This document shows, in pieces, positions 45,504 to 54,653 of a stretch of 64,000 nucleotides of DNA (within the stretch, counting starts at the first letter, position 1; each line of letters starts with the position of its first letter). Source of the stretch: an uncultured Clostridia bacterium (lineage in GTDB: Bacteria; Bacillota; Clostridia; Oscillospirales; CAG-382); assembly GCA_947628695.1 (NCBI GenBank), contig CANRAV010000009.1, positions 8,551 to 72,550 on the forward strand, written 5' to 3'. The position numbers and the translations under genes are program-made. The notes beneath the pieces are model-generated. The model ran no database searches and was not told the DNA's origin. It saw only the letters and a program-made list of their open reading frames with translations.

Positions 45504-47321
45504 TTACTGCCCCGTATACGTACCGCTTAAAATCTGCTGATTGACGGCATCCGCCCGCCTCTTGTTGTAATTGTGCTGGTCAAGGGTTTGGGCGTAGTAA
45601 ACGTTGCCTGCCATATCCGAATTGAAGTAGTATGCCGTCGTCAGGTTGAACTCTTCCTTCGTCTCGTTCGACATATCCGGGTACAGAGCCGCCTCTATCG
45701 CGTCAAGCCCCGGGTTGCACACGGCACCGGGGGGCAGCCCCTCGTACATATACGTGTTGTACGGGGATTCGTAAAGTAGGTCGTCGCCGTCAAGGACGGG
45801 CTTCCTCTCCGCCGTAATGCCGTTTTTGGCGTTGTCGCAGTCCATTGCGTACTGTATTGTAGCGCAGGACTCCATCTTGCGGAAGATCTCCGACTCGGAG
45901 CTTCTTCTGTTGTGGAACACCTGCGATATGCTTTCAAAATCCGAAAAATCCCTGCCCTCCGCCTGGACGATGGACGCAAAGGTTATCATGTCGTCAAAGG
46001 AAAAGCCGAGAGAATCGCAGGCCTCCTTGTAGGTGGTGTAGTACTCCGACCACACCCTCTCCGAAAAGCTGTTAAGCAGCTTGTTTATGACCTCAACCTC
46101 GCTTGAGTCGCGATAAAACAAATAGGTGTCGGGGAACAGATAGCCCTCCAAACGGTAGGTGCGGTCTTCCGACCAGGTCTCTTCGTTGAGAAGCTGAACA
46201 AACTCGTGCTTATACGGGTATTCGTTTATGGCGTACTCAAAGCCCTCCCGCGTGCCTATGCCGTTTTGCAGAAACAAATCTATAATCTGGTCTGCGGTGT
46301 ACCCCTCCGGGATGGTCACGGTGACCTCTTCACGCGTGTACTCGTCGGTGGTAAGCGCATATATAATCTGGTCGTAGTTCATCTTTGTGCTTAAGGTGCG
46401 CTTGCCGGGGAGATATTCCAGCTCATACTCCGGCGAAATGTCGCCGCCGAAAAACATGGTCTTTATAAACTCGCCTCCCAGATGGAAAACAGAGCCGACA
46501 AGGTCATCCTTGTCAAGTCCGATGCTCTCGTCGTACTTGTACTTGACGTAAAACTTAAACACCTTGGCCTCGTCTATGACGCCGTTTTCCACAAGAAGCT
46601 CTGCCATCTGCTCTGTGTTCATGCCGCTCTCGACGTCCACGGTTATTTCCCTGTCGCCCTTGCTGAAGGCGAAAACGTCGTTTGCCATGGGTATGACTCC
46701 CGGCCAAAAGTCGAGAAATCCGAAGACGACGAAAAACGAGAGGCAGCAGACTATAAGCGTGTACGCAACGCCCTTAAGTATGCCGAGCGTAACGCTGCCC
46801 TTCTTCTTTCGCGGTGCATTGCGGCGGGAAGCGCGCTTGTACGCCCTGCGCGCCTCGCGGCGCAGCTCCTCCCTGCCGGTAAAGTGCTTGTCGGAAAGTG
46901 CATCCTCCACGCTGTAGGTCGGCAGGTCGGCAACGCTGTTGCCGTCCTCGTCGGTCAAATGGCCTTCCTTCGGAGTTTCACGTATTGTGTCGAACCCGGC
47001 TGCCTCGTCGCTGTAATGCGACGAAATATCGGCGGTGTCCGTGCTCTCTGCTTTTTCTTCTGCCTGTTCGTCGGCAGTCTCATACACTGCCTCGGGCTCC
47101 GGTTCCGGCTGCTCGGGCTGCACCTTTTCGGGGGCAGCGTGGAAGATGATGACGTCGGCGTCCTCGTCGTCCTCCGGCGCCGGGGGTGCAGGCATTCTCT
47201 TTTCCGCAGGCTTCACGGCGCCCTTACCAAGGCCGCCTTCGGCACGGGTCTCGGCGCTGTATTTTGAAATCATATCAAGAAGCTCGTCAGAGCTTTCTTT
47301 TGCGTTTTTGTTTTGCTCCAA
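45504..47321 (-). CDS. mltG: Endolytic murein transglycosylase MltG (YceG-like) with a long acidic N-terminal extension
   Basis: C-terminal ASIVQAEG...SPYNTYMYEGLPPGAVCNPGLDAIEAALYP. One TM segment (VAYTLIVCCLSFFVVFGFL). About 175 aa of E/D/P-rich sequence precede the TM segment. Confidence 0.88.
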   Translation of the reverse strand: MEQNKNAKESSDELLDMISKYSAETRAEGGLGKGAVKPAEKRMPAPPAPEDDEDADVIIFHAAPEKVQPEQPEPEPEAVYETADEQAEEKAESTDTADISSHYSDEAAGFDTIRETPKEGHLTDEDGNSVADLPTYSVEDALSDKHFTGREELRREARRAYKRASRRNAPRKKKGSVTLGILKGVAYTLIVCCLSFFVVFGFLDFWPGVIPMANDVFAFSKGDREITVDVESGMNTEQMAELLVENGVIDEAKVFKFYVKYKYDESIGLDKDDLVGSVFHLGGEFIKTMFFGGDISPEYELEYLPGKRTLSTKMNYDQIIYALTTDEYTREEVTVTIPEGYTADQIIDLFLQNGIGTREGFEYAINEYPYKHEFVQLLNEETWSEDRTYRLEGYLFPDTYLFYRDSSEVEVINKLLNSFSERVWSEYYTTYKEACDSLGFSFDDMITFASIVQAEGRDFSDFESISQVFHNRRSSESEIFRKMESCATIQYAMDCDNAKNGITAERKPVLDGDDLLYESPYNTYMYEGLPPGAVCNPGLDAIEAALYPDMSNETKEEFNLTTAYYFNSDMAGNVYYAQTLDQHNYNKRRADAVNQQILSGTYTGQ

Positions 47322-47345
47322 AATAAAAACCTCCGATTAGGCCGT

Positions 47346-48242
47346 TTACAGCAATGCGTTTATTATAAGAAACGCCGCTATCGGCACGGCCAAAGCCGGC
47401 GTGATGTATATATACAGGTGATTTATGCTCTTTTCCGGAATGGGCATCTCCGCATCGGTTTTTGAATACTGCTCGAAAACAGTCTCCACCCTTGAAAACG
47501 TAAACGCAAGCGCCAAAAGCAAAAGCACTGTCAGAACAAAGCCCATGAAGACGGAGCTTGTGTTGAACGCAGCCTTGCTTATAAACGAGGAATTGCCGTA
47601 CAAAGCGTACATGTTAAAACAGGTATGCAAAACCATCGACGGATAGACCGAACGGCAAATAACCGCCGCAGCGCCCAAAACCGCACCCGCAAACAGGTAT
47701 ATGACAAAGCCCTGCGCGGTAAAGTGCATAAGCGTAAAATACAGCGTGCTTATAAGCACCGCGTTGAAGCTGCCGTACTTCCTGTACTCGCCTATAACGA
47801 CGCCGCGGAAGAAAAGCTCTTCGCAAACAGCGGGGACGAGACAGTACGAAAGGAAAAGCCCCACACCGCCGCCAGAGCCGGCGAAAAGCGAATCCATGTA
47901 CCCCTTATCAAGGCTCAGCCCCCTGCCGCCCCGATAAAACGCAAGCTGCAGCGCAAGGGTGCCGAGCACCAGCGTAAAAAAGGCGCCGACGGAAAGCAGA
48001 ACGGCGTTGCCGTTTATCCTGCCCTTCAGCATATATTGCTCCGGCTTTATGCCTTTTATGCCCAGGTACAAAAAACACGGTACTGCAAAGGCTATTATCT
48101 GTATGACTATTACCACCAAAAATATGTTGTTCTCACCAACTGTTTCGGGGCCGAGGAACCGGCCGCAAAGCGACAGCAGCAGGTATATAGCCACAGTAAG
48201 CAGCGGTACGCTTACAGGCGCCGATTTAAGTGTTTTAAGCAT
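47346..48242 (-). CDS. CPBP family intramembrane glutamic endopeptidase (CAAX protease-like)
   Basis: Motifs EELFFRG, FTLMH and HTCFN. Multi-TM. Confidence 0.85.
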   Translation of the reverse strand: MLKTLKSAPVSVPLLTVAIYLLLSLCGRFLGPETVGENNIFLVVIVIQIIAFAVPCFLYLGIKGIKPEQYMLKGRINGNAVLLSVGAFFTLVLGTLALQLAFYRGGRGLSLDKGYMDSLFAGSGGGVGLFLSYCLVPAVCEELFFRGVVIGEYRKYGSFNAVLISTLYFTLMHFTAQGFVIYLFAGAVLGAAAVICRSVYPSMVLHTCFNMYALYGNSSFISKAAFNTSSVFMGFVLTVLLLLALAFTFSRVETVFEQYSKTDAEMPIPEKSINHLYIYITPALAVPIAAFLIINALL

Positions 48243-48257
48243 GGCGCCGCTCCTTTT

Positions 48258-48806
48258 TTATTTTTCCATTCTTATTTGCTCTGCTATTTTCTCCGCAGTG
48301 TCTGCACCGTACAAAAGCTCGGTTATCCTAAGGGCGAACTGCAGCGTTACACCCATGCCCTCGCCGGTGATGAAAATGTCGTCCGTCTCCACCTTTGCAC
48401 CGGTCACGTTTGCCGCCGGCATGTACTTTTCAAAGCCCGGGTAGCAGGCTATGTTCCTGCCGTCAAGCAGACCCATCCTGCCAAGCACGGACGGTGCGGC
48501 GCAAATGGCGGCAATGTATTTGCCCTCGTTTACCGCAGCCTCTATAAGCTCCTTAACGCGGTACGAGGCCGCAAGCGCCTCCGTCCCCTCGCCTCCGCCG
48601 GGCAGGACGAGGACGTCGAACTGCGCCATATTGACATTGGAAACAAGCTCGTTTGCCTTGACGGTTATCCCGTGAGAGCCGACAACCTCCGTTTCGCTTT
48701 TCACTGCGGCAAGGACGACCTCCGTCCCCGCACGCATAAGCACATCAGCGGTTATAAGTGCCTCGCACTCCTCAAAGCCGTCGGCAAGTAATAAAAGTGC
48801 CTTCAT
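48258..48806 (-). CDS. DJ-1/PfpI family protein
   Basis: MKALLLLADGFEECEALITADVL...AICAAPSVLG (nucleophile elbow Cys). The start at 48806 follows ggagtag. The track extension was rejected. Confidence 0.88.
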   Translation of the reverse strand: MKALLLLADGFEECEALITADVLMRAGTEVVLAAVKSETEVVGSHGITVKANELVSNVNMAQFDVLVLPGGGEGTEALAASYRVKELIEAAVNEGKYIAAICAAPSVLGRMGLLDGRNIACYPGFEKYMPAANVTGAKVETDDIFITGEGMGVTLQFALRITELLYGADTAEKIAEQIRMEK

Positions 48807-48813
48807 TGTTTTT

Positions 48814-49512
48814 CTACTCCTTTTTTGCCGCTTCACGCCGCGCGGCTATTATCCCGCACACCTCGGCGTAAAGCCCTTCGTTTATGTCCTCTATGCTTCT
48901 AAGCACACCGTTCTCGGCACAGTCCACCCTGTGCCACGTGCATTTATCCGACGCGTAAAGCGCCGCGTTATAGCTGTTTTCAAGAAAAGACGCGTCCTTT
49001 TCGTGTATGTCCTTTGTGACGCCCGTCTCCCTGCAGCGGCTTTCTATAAGAAAGCGCGAAAGCGCAGGCGGCAGACACAGGTAGAAAACCGCATCCGGCC
49101 GCGGAAGGCCGAGCTTTGCAAACTCGTAGTCGTGTATCCAGTCTATAAAGCCGTCCCAGGCGCTTTTTTCAAGCTTTGACATTTGATGCACAAGGTTTGC
49201 GCTTGTGTACCTGTTGGCTATGATGGCCGCACCTTCGTCGAAATCCTTCTTCCAGTCAAGCATGTACGAGCAGAACCTGTCCGCAGCGTAAAAGGAGGAA
49301 GCCGCGTAGGCATTCACCGCACCCGGGTCCTCGCCGAAGCGGCCGGAAAGGTACATGTTTACAAGAGCCGAGCTGTCCTTCTCATAAGTCGGGAAGGATA
49401 TAAGGCGGTTCTTTATCCCCGCGTCGTCAAGCCGCCGGCATATAAGACGGCTTTGCGTCTCCTTGCCGGAGCCGTCAAGCCCGTCTATGGCTATAAGCAC
49501 GCCCGATTGCAA
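48814..49512 (-). CDS. tmk: Thymidylate kinase family protein (dTMP kinase)
   Basis: IAIDGLDGSGKETQ P-loop. It lies immediately downstream of thyX. Confidence 0.8.
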   Translation of the reverse strand: MQSGVLIAIDGLDGSGKETQSRLICRRLDDAGIKNRLISFPTYEKDSSALVNMYLSGRFGEDPGAVNAYAASSFYAADRFCSYMLDWKKDFDEGAAIIANRYTSANLVHQMSKLEKSAWDGFIDWIHDYEFAKLGLPRPDAVFYLCLPPALSRFLIESRCRETGVTKDIHEKDASFLENSYNAALYASDKCTWHRVDCAENGVLRSIEDINEGLYAEVCGIIAARREAAKKE

Positions 49513-49532
49513 AACAAAACACCCCGATCATT

Positions 49533-50291
49533 TCACATTTTTTCGTACTTTTCGCGCATTTCGTGCGCTTTGCCGCAGCTCATCTTCCCCTCCGTACAGG
49601 GGCCGGAAACGCAGGGAGGCCCCGCCGTGCGGAACAGCGCAGGGGCGATTTGCCTGACCTTGCGAAGCATCTCTTCCGCCAAAGCGCGTATCTCCCACTG
49701 CGCGCGCATGCAGCAGCGGAGTCTGAAAAAGTTGTAAAGCGAGCGGACGTTCATGGTCATAACGATCTTCGTGTCGCAGGCATTGGGAAGCACGCTCCTT
49801 GCGTCCTCAAACGCCTGCTTTTCCGCTGCCTTTTCGGCTTCCTTCGCGTCCATGCCGCCGTCTGTAAGGCGCTTTATGTGCCTTTCCTTTAGGAGAGAAG
49901 CGAGCCGGACATAGTGCCGCCTGTCCTCCTCCATAGCGTCAAGGAACTCCTTTTTTGCCTCCGGTATCGCCTCTATCTCCGGAGGGATTATATATTCAAA
50001 GCTTTCTTTGTTTACGTATCTTTGGCTCTGCACGCTGTAGGAAGCTATGCGGTGCCTTGTAAGCTGTGCAAGCACCGCGCGCGACACGCCCTCTATGCCG
50101 AAGGTGAAGTATGCGTGCTCGAACGGGCTTTCGTGCCCCATGTCCGCAAGCATTGATATAAACCTTTCGGTCTTCTCGGGCGTAAGGCCGTCCATTATGC
50201 CGTCTATCCCGGTTTTAGAGTAGCAAAGCTTTGCAGCCGTGGCTATAAGCTTTTCCGGTTCAGGCGTGTGCGAAAGTATCTCTACCCTCAT
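49533..50291 (-). CDS. thyX: FAD-dependent thymidylate synthase
   Basis: ThyX motif RHRIASYSVQSQRY. 252 aa. Confidence 0.93.
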   Translation of the reverse strand: MRVEILSHTPEPEKLIATAAKLCYSKTGIDGIMDGLTPEKTERFISMLADMGHESPFEHAYFTFGIEGVSRAVLAQLTRHRIASYSVQSQRYVNKESFEYIIPPEIEAIPEAKKEFLDAMEEDRRHYVRLASLLKERHIKRLTDGGMDAKEAEKAAEKQAFEDARSVLPNACDTKIVMTMNVRSLYNFFRLRCCMRAQWEIRALAEEMLRKVRQIAPALFRTAGPPCVSGPCTEGKMSCGKAHEMREKYEKM

Positions 50292-50372
50292 TTTTACTCC
50301 CCTCCTGCGTATATCTTGTATATTTTATCACAAGCTGTGCAAAAAAATCAAGTTTTTTAAACGCCCTCGGCG

Positions 50373-51416
50373 CTAATTTACAAAGTCTTTCCCGGTCTTT
50401 TCGTACCAGGAAGACGCATAGTCACCCTTTACGCCTATTTTCTTCAGCGCCTGGCAGTATTTGAAAACGTCGTCTCCTATGCTTTCCACGGTAGAGGGCA
50501 GCTCCGCCTCCTCAAGGGCGACACAGCCGAAAAACGAAAGGCCGCCTACGCTTTTAACCCCCTCCGGCAAGCTTATGCTTTTAAGCTTAACACAGCCGAA
50601 AAAGCACTTGTCCGGTATGTCTTCCACGGAACCTTCAAAGCTTACCTCTTCAAGGTTTACGCAGTGGAAAAACGCCTGTGCACCGAGGACGCAGCCGTCG
50701 GGAACGGAAACCTTCTTTAAGGAGGCACATTCCGCAAAGGCCCTCTCCGCCACCGCTGCACCCTCCGGCAGCTCTATCTCCTCTTCGGGAAAAGCGCGCG
50801 GGCAAAGCAGAAGCTGCTTGCCGTCGCCGCTGTAAAGCATGCCGTCTTTCGCAGAATACGCATTGTTGGATTCGGCAACGTTTATCTCTTTAAGCGAAAG
50901 AAGCCCGTCGAGATCCGACGTTTGGAAGGCTGCCGTTCTGCCGCCTATGACCAAAGCTTCAAGCGCCGTGCAGGAAGACATGGCGCCTTCCGCAAGGCTC
51001 ACCGCAGCGTCGCCTGTGTCAAGCTTTTTAAGCTTTTCGCCCACACGGTCGAAGGCGCCTTTTTCGACGGACGCAAGCGGGTAACCGTCAAGCTCCGACG
51101 GCAGGGTTATCTCCGTTTCTCCCGCGGTACAGCCGACAAGCCTTGCCTTGCCGTCTGCAACCGTATATTCAAAGCCGCCGGATGTGTATACGGGGTCGAC
51201 GCTTTCGCTGTCTTCCGAGGTTTCCGAGAAGCTGTCTGCCGTCTCCTCGCTGTTTACTGCGCTGTAAAGATCGTAGCTGTCTGCCGAGGTGCTGTCTGCA
51301 AAGGAGGCGCTGCTTTCAGCGGACGCGTAGGTGGAATCCCCGTCACCGCCGCAGGCGGAAAGCAAAACGCATACCGCAAGAAGCAAAGTTATGACGGAAA
51401 GTAAAAATTTTTTCAT
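50373..51416 (-). CDS. BspA-type leucine-rich-repeat lipoprotein
   Basis: Lipobox LLSACGG. An S/D/E-rich linker is followed by repeated ...AFxxCxxLxxVxxP... units. Confidence 0.8.
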   Translation of the reverse strand: MKKFLLSVITLLLAVCVLLSACGGDGDSTYASAESSASFADSTSADSYDLYSAVNSEETADSFSETSEDSESVDPVYTSGGFEYTVADGKARLVGCTAGETEITLPSELDGYPLASVEKGAFDRVGEKLKKLDTGDAAVSLAEGAMSSCTALEALVIGGRTAAFQTSDLDGLLSLKEINVAESNNAYSAKDGMLYSGDGKQLLLCPRAFPEEEIELPEGAAVAERAFAECASLKKVSVPDGCVLGAQAFFHCVNLEEVSFEGSVEDIPDKCFFGCVKLKSISLPEGVKSVGGLSFFGCVALEEAELPSTVESIGDDVFKYCQALKKIGVKGDYASSWYEKTGKDFVN

Positions 51417-51431
51417 ATGCCGTGCTCCGGA

Positions 51432-53105
51432 TTAACGTTTGAAGTTGCCGCTTCCGAGGCCGGACTTTACCAAATTGTCGTAGGTCTTCGAGGACCTGTC
51501 TACGTCAACGGTAAAATCCCCACAGCCGTCGAAAACGCCGCTGCCCACGGTGACGTCCGCACCCTTTATGGCAACATCGGCGACGCCGCTGAAGGCAAAG
51601 GCACGGTCGCCGACGGACTTTACGCAGTCCGGAAGTACAATGGTGGTAAGCGACGTGCAGTAGGAAAATGCGCCGCTTCCTATATCGCGCACTCCGTTCC
51701 CTCCGCTTGTCTCAACGGTAAAGAGGCTAAGCGAAGAACAGCCCATGAACGCGTCCTCGCCTATGCTGCGGACGGAGGCAGGAACGCTTATCTCCGCAAG
51801 GTAGGAGCAGCCGTAGAAAAGCTTGCTGCCTATCTCGGAGATCCCCTGCGGAAGCACAAGCGACGTGAGGTTTTCACAGTAAGCGAAGGCCTCCTTCCCG
51901 ATGGATGTGTGAGACGCGGGAAGGGTGTTTTCCTCTTCCCCGACATAAAGCGTCCTAAGAGACGAGCAGGCGTAAAACGCGCCGTCCGGTATGGGCTTTA
52001 CGTCCGGTGCAAGCCTTATTTCGCCTATCGCCGCACAGTAGCCGAAGGCGTAGGCGCCAAGGCTTTCTATACCCTTGTAGCCGTCGTCGGTTATGTTTAT
52101 CTCCTTCAACCTGCGGCAGCGATAGAAGCACTTCTCCCCCACTGTTTCAGGCCCGCCCAAAAGGTTGACTTCCGTTATGTTCTTGCACTCGTAAAACGCA
52201 CCCTCCGGAAGGGCTTCGGGACAGGGAACGGTCACCGTCCTTAAAGACGACGGCACAAAGTCGAGATTCTGCGTATAATCCTCCGCACCGAAAAGCGCAC
52301 CCAAAAACAGCTTGTCTGCACCGTTGCCGAGGTAGGGCAGCGTCAGCTCCGCCAAAGAGCTGCAGCCCTTGAACAAATCCGCACCCAAATTCCTTGCGCT
52401 TTGCGGAAGCACAAGCGTCCTAAGCCCCGAGCAGCCATCAAAGGCGCTGCTTTCCACGGTGACGGCTTCCGTAAAGGTTATGCTTTTAAGCCTTTCACAG
52501 CCGAGAAAAGCCCTTTCGTGCACGGTCGAACCGCCGACGGTAAGCTCCTCTAAGCTTTCGGGGAGAAAGTTGATGTTCTGCTCCGGGCTGCCTGCGCCGA
52601 AAACGTAGCCTATATATGTGTGCTCGCCCTCCGAGCCGCCCGCAAAGGGGACGGAGAGGCGCTGTATGCGCTTGCAGCCGGAAAACGCGCCGCGCGCTAT
52701 GGACGTGACGGTGTCTGGGACAATGACGTCTGTCACCGTGACCTCCCCGTCGCCAGTCCCCACGTCGGAAACACCGCCATCGGCAACGGAAACAACCGTG
52801 CTGCCGCCTATTGTCTGCGGGATTTTTACGACGCTTTCCGTGCCGGTGTACCCGGTCACGGCGACGCCGCCGGAAACCGCCTCTGTCGTGAAGAGGCCGC
52901 CATCGGTAAACGGTATCTCTGCGGAAGGCTCGTCATCGGGCTCGGAGGCAGTCTCACCGCGGCTGTAGGTGCCGCCGCTTTCTTCCCCGGCAAGGCCTAA
53001 GATGTCCTCAAAGCTGCCGCAGGAGCAAAGGGAAAGCAGCAAGGCCGCAGCCGGCAAAGCCGCAAGGAAGGCGCGAAGACGCCTTCTATATGTCAAACGC
53101 TGCAT
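51432..53105 (-). CDS. BspA-type leucine-rich-repeat lipoprotein (large paralog)
   Basis: Start at MQRLTYRRRLRAFLAALPAAALLLSLCSCGS (lipobox) at 53105. There are many AFxxCxxLxxIxLP units. The track's 49-codon extension runs across the predicted promoter and was rejected. Confidence 0.8.
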   Translation of the reverse strand: MQRLTYRRRLRAFLAALPAAALLLSLCSCGSFEDILGLAGEESGGTYSRGETASEPDDEPSAEIPFTDGGLFTTEAVSGGVAVTGYTGTESVVKIPQTIGGSTVVSVADGGVSDVGTGDGEVTVTDVIVPDTVTSIARGAFSGCKRIQRLSVPFAGGSEGEHTYIGYVFGAGSPEQNINFLPESLEELTVGGSTVHERAFLGCERLKSITFTEAVTVESSAFDGCSGLRTLVLPQSARNLGADLFKGCSSLAELTLPYLGNGADKLFLGALFGAEDYTQNLDFVPSSLRTVTVPCPEALPEGAFYECKNITEVNLLGGPETVGEKCFYRCRRLKEINITDDGYKGIESLGAYAFGYCAAIGEIRLAPDVKPIPDGAFYACSSLRTLYVGEEENTLPASHTSIGKEAFAYCENLTSLVLPQGISEIGSKLFYGCSYLAEISVPASVRSIGEDAFMGCSSLSLFTVETSGGNGVRDIGSGAFSYCTSLTTIVLPDCVKSVGDRAFAFSGVADVAIKGADVTVGSGVFDGCGDFTVDVDRSSKTYDNLVKSGLGSGNFKR

Positions 53106-53168
53106 AAGCAAAATCCTTTCAAAATGTAAAAACGGCACTTTTACCCTATTTAAAATCTTACAGTATAT

Positions 53169-53197
53169 ATTATTGCACAAAACCTTCCGTTTGTCAA
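53169..53197 (-). promoter_or_regulatory. Near-consensus sigma-70 promoter for the LRR lipoprotein genes
   Basis: Minus strand TTGACA (53197-53192), 17-nt spacer, AATAAT (53174-53169). Confidence 0.55.
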
Positions 53198-53259
53198 CAG
53201 TGGCCGGTGAAAAAGGCGCGAAGAGAGGAAAAATGAAAGGGCTTTCCGGCACAAACAGG

Positions 53260-53288
53260 GGCCGAGGCGGAAGTAAACCGCCTCGGCC
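53260..53288. terminator. Perfect 11-bp GC-rich hairpin downstream of the ABC operon (no clear U-tract)
   Basis: ggccgaggcgg-aagtaaa-ccgcctcggcc. Confidence 0.4.
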
Positions 53289-53322
53289 GGATACGTCTGT
53301 TTAATTTTTCGGCTGCCCTAAA

Positions 53323-53904
53323 CTAAAGCAGCTTGCCGTTTGGGGTCATGGTGACAACCTCCGCCGAAAGCGCCTTCGCCTCTTCCGCGTCGTGCGTCAC
53401 AACAAGCGCCGTTTTGCCGCTTAAAGCCGACCTTACAAGCGCCAAGACCTTTGCCTTTGTGCCTTCGTCAAGGCCTTTGAACGGCTCATCCATGACGACG
53501 AAGTCGCCGTTAAAGGCTATGCAGCGGGCAATGGCTGCGCGCCGCTTCATGCCGCCGGAAAGCTCACGCACGGGCTTCTTTTCGCTTCCCGCAAGGCCTA
53601 AGGCCTTTACAAGCTTTAGGGCCGTTTCCCTGTCTGATACGGCTTTTACGTTCGAAAGCACCGTAAAGTCCTCGAAAAGCCTGTCCTCCTGAAAGACAAC
53701 GGCTGTCCTTTCCGGCACGCCTGAAATGCTTCCGCCGTCCGCCGCCTCAAGGCCGAGAAGGACGTTTAAAAGCGTGGTCTTGCCGCAGCCGGAGGGACCC
53801 ATAAGGCAAATTGACCTTCCTTCGGGTATTTCAAGGCTTACGCCGTCAAGCACCTTCTTGCCGTCATAGCTTTTGTATACGTTTTTTATGCAGATCCCGC
53901 TCAC
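53323..53904 (-). CDS. ABC transporter ATP-binding protein (NitT/TauT-type)
   Basis: Walker A GPSGCGKTT, signature LSGGMKRR, Walker B FVVMDEPF. Confidence 0.9.
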   Translation of the reverse strand: MSGICIKNVYKSYDGKKVLDGVSLEIPEGRSICLMGPSGCGKTTLLNVLLGLEAADGGSISGVPERTAVVFQEDRLFEDFTVLSNVKAVSDRETALKLVKALGLAGSEKKPVRELSGGMKRRAAIARCIAFNGDFVVMDEPFKGLDEGTKAKVLALVRSALSGKTALVVTHDAEEAKALSAEVVTMTPNGKLL

Positions 53905-54653
53905 AGCTTTTCCACCGCCCCAAACAGTTTTTTCAAGGCAAAGACAAACAGCTTTTCAAATGCAACGCTTACCGCCACAATTACCACCGTCCAGGCGAAG
54001 AGGTCGGCCATGGCATAGTACACCTTTGCGTTGTAAAGCATCTCCCCGAGCGAGCCGTCGGGTATGGCTATAAGCTCTGCCGCCACGCCGCTTTTCCACG
54101 CCAAGCCTATAGACACGCTGCAGGCGGAGATAAGGTAGGGCTTAAGCTGCGGAAAGTGCACATACAAAAGCTTTTTTGCGCCCTTAATGCGGTAAAGCTT
54201 TGCCGCCTGCAAAAGCTTTTTGTCCGTGTTCCTGATGCCGGTAAGTACGTTTGTGTAGACTATGGGCAGAACCATCAAAAACGATATGAACACGGAGAGC
54301 CTCGACGACGAAAGCAATATAACCGCTAACACGATAAAGGAGGCAACAGGCACCGACTTTACGGTTATCATGTACGGCCAAAGGAGAGTTTCCAAAAGCT
54401 TAAAGCGTCCCGCAGCTATGCCAAGCGCCAGACCCAAGGCAAAGCCGGCCGCAAAGCCGCCCAATATCCTGGAAAGGGTGTAAAGTACAATGCGGAAAAA
54501 GCCCTTTTCGGTGACAAGCTCCGACAGCCGCTTTAACACCCGCAGGGGCGACACAAGCAAAATTTCCTCGTTAATGCAGGCGGCTGCCGCCTGCCACACA
54601 AGAAGTGCAAGCAAAACGGCAGCCAATCTGCAAAGCGCCTTTTTAAGCGCCAT
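53901..54653 (-). CDS. ABC transporter permease (NitT/TauT-type)
   Basis: 250 aa with about 6 TM segments. It overlaps both neighbouring genes. Confidence 0.85.
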   Translation of the reverse strand: MALKKALCRLAAVLLALLVWQAAAACINEEILLVSPLRVLKRLSELVTEKGFFRIVLYTLSRILGGFAAGFALGLALGIAAGRFKLLETLLWPYMITVKSVPVASFIVLAVILLSSSRLSVFISFLMVLPIVYTNVLTGIRNTDKKLLQAAKLYRIKGAKKLLYVHFPQLKPYLISACSVSIGLAWKSGVAAELIAIPDGSLGEMLYNAKVYYAMADLFAWTVVIVAVSVAFEKLFVFALKKLFGAVEKL

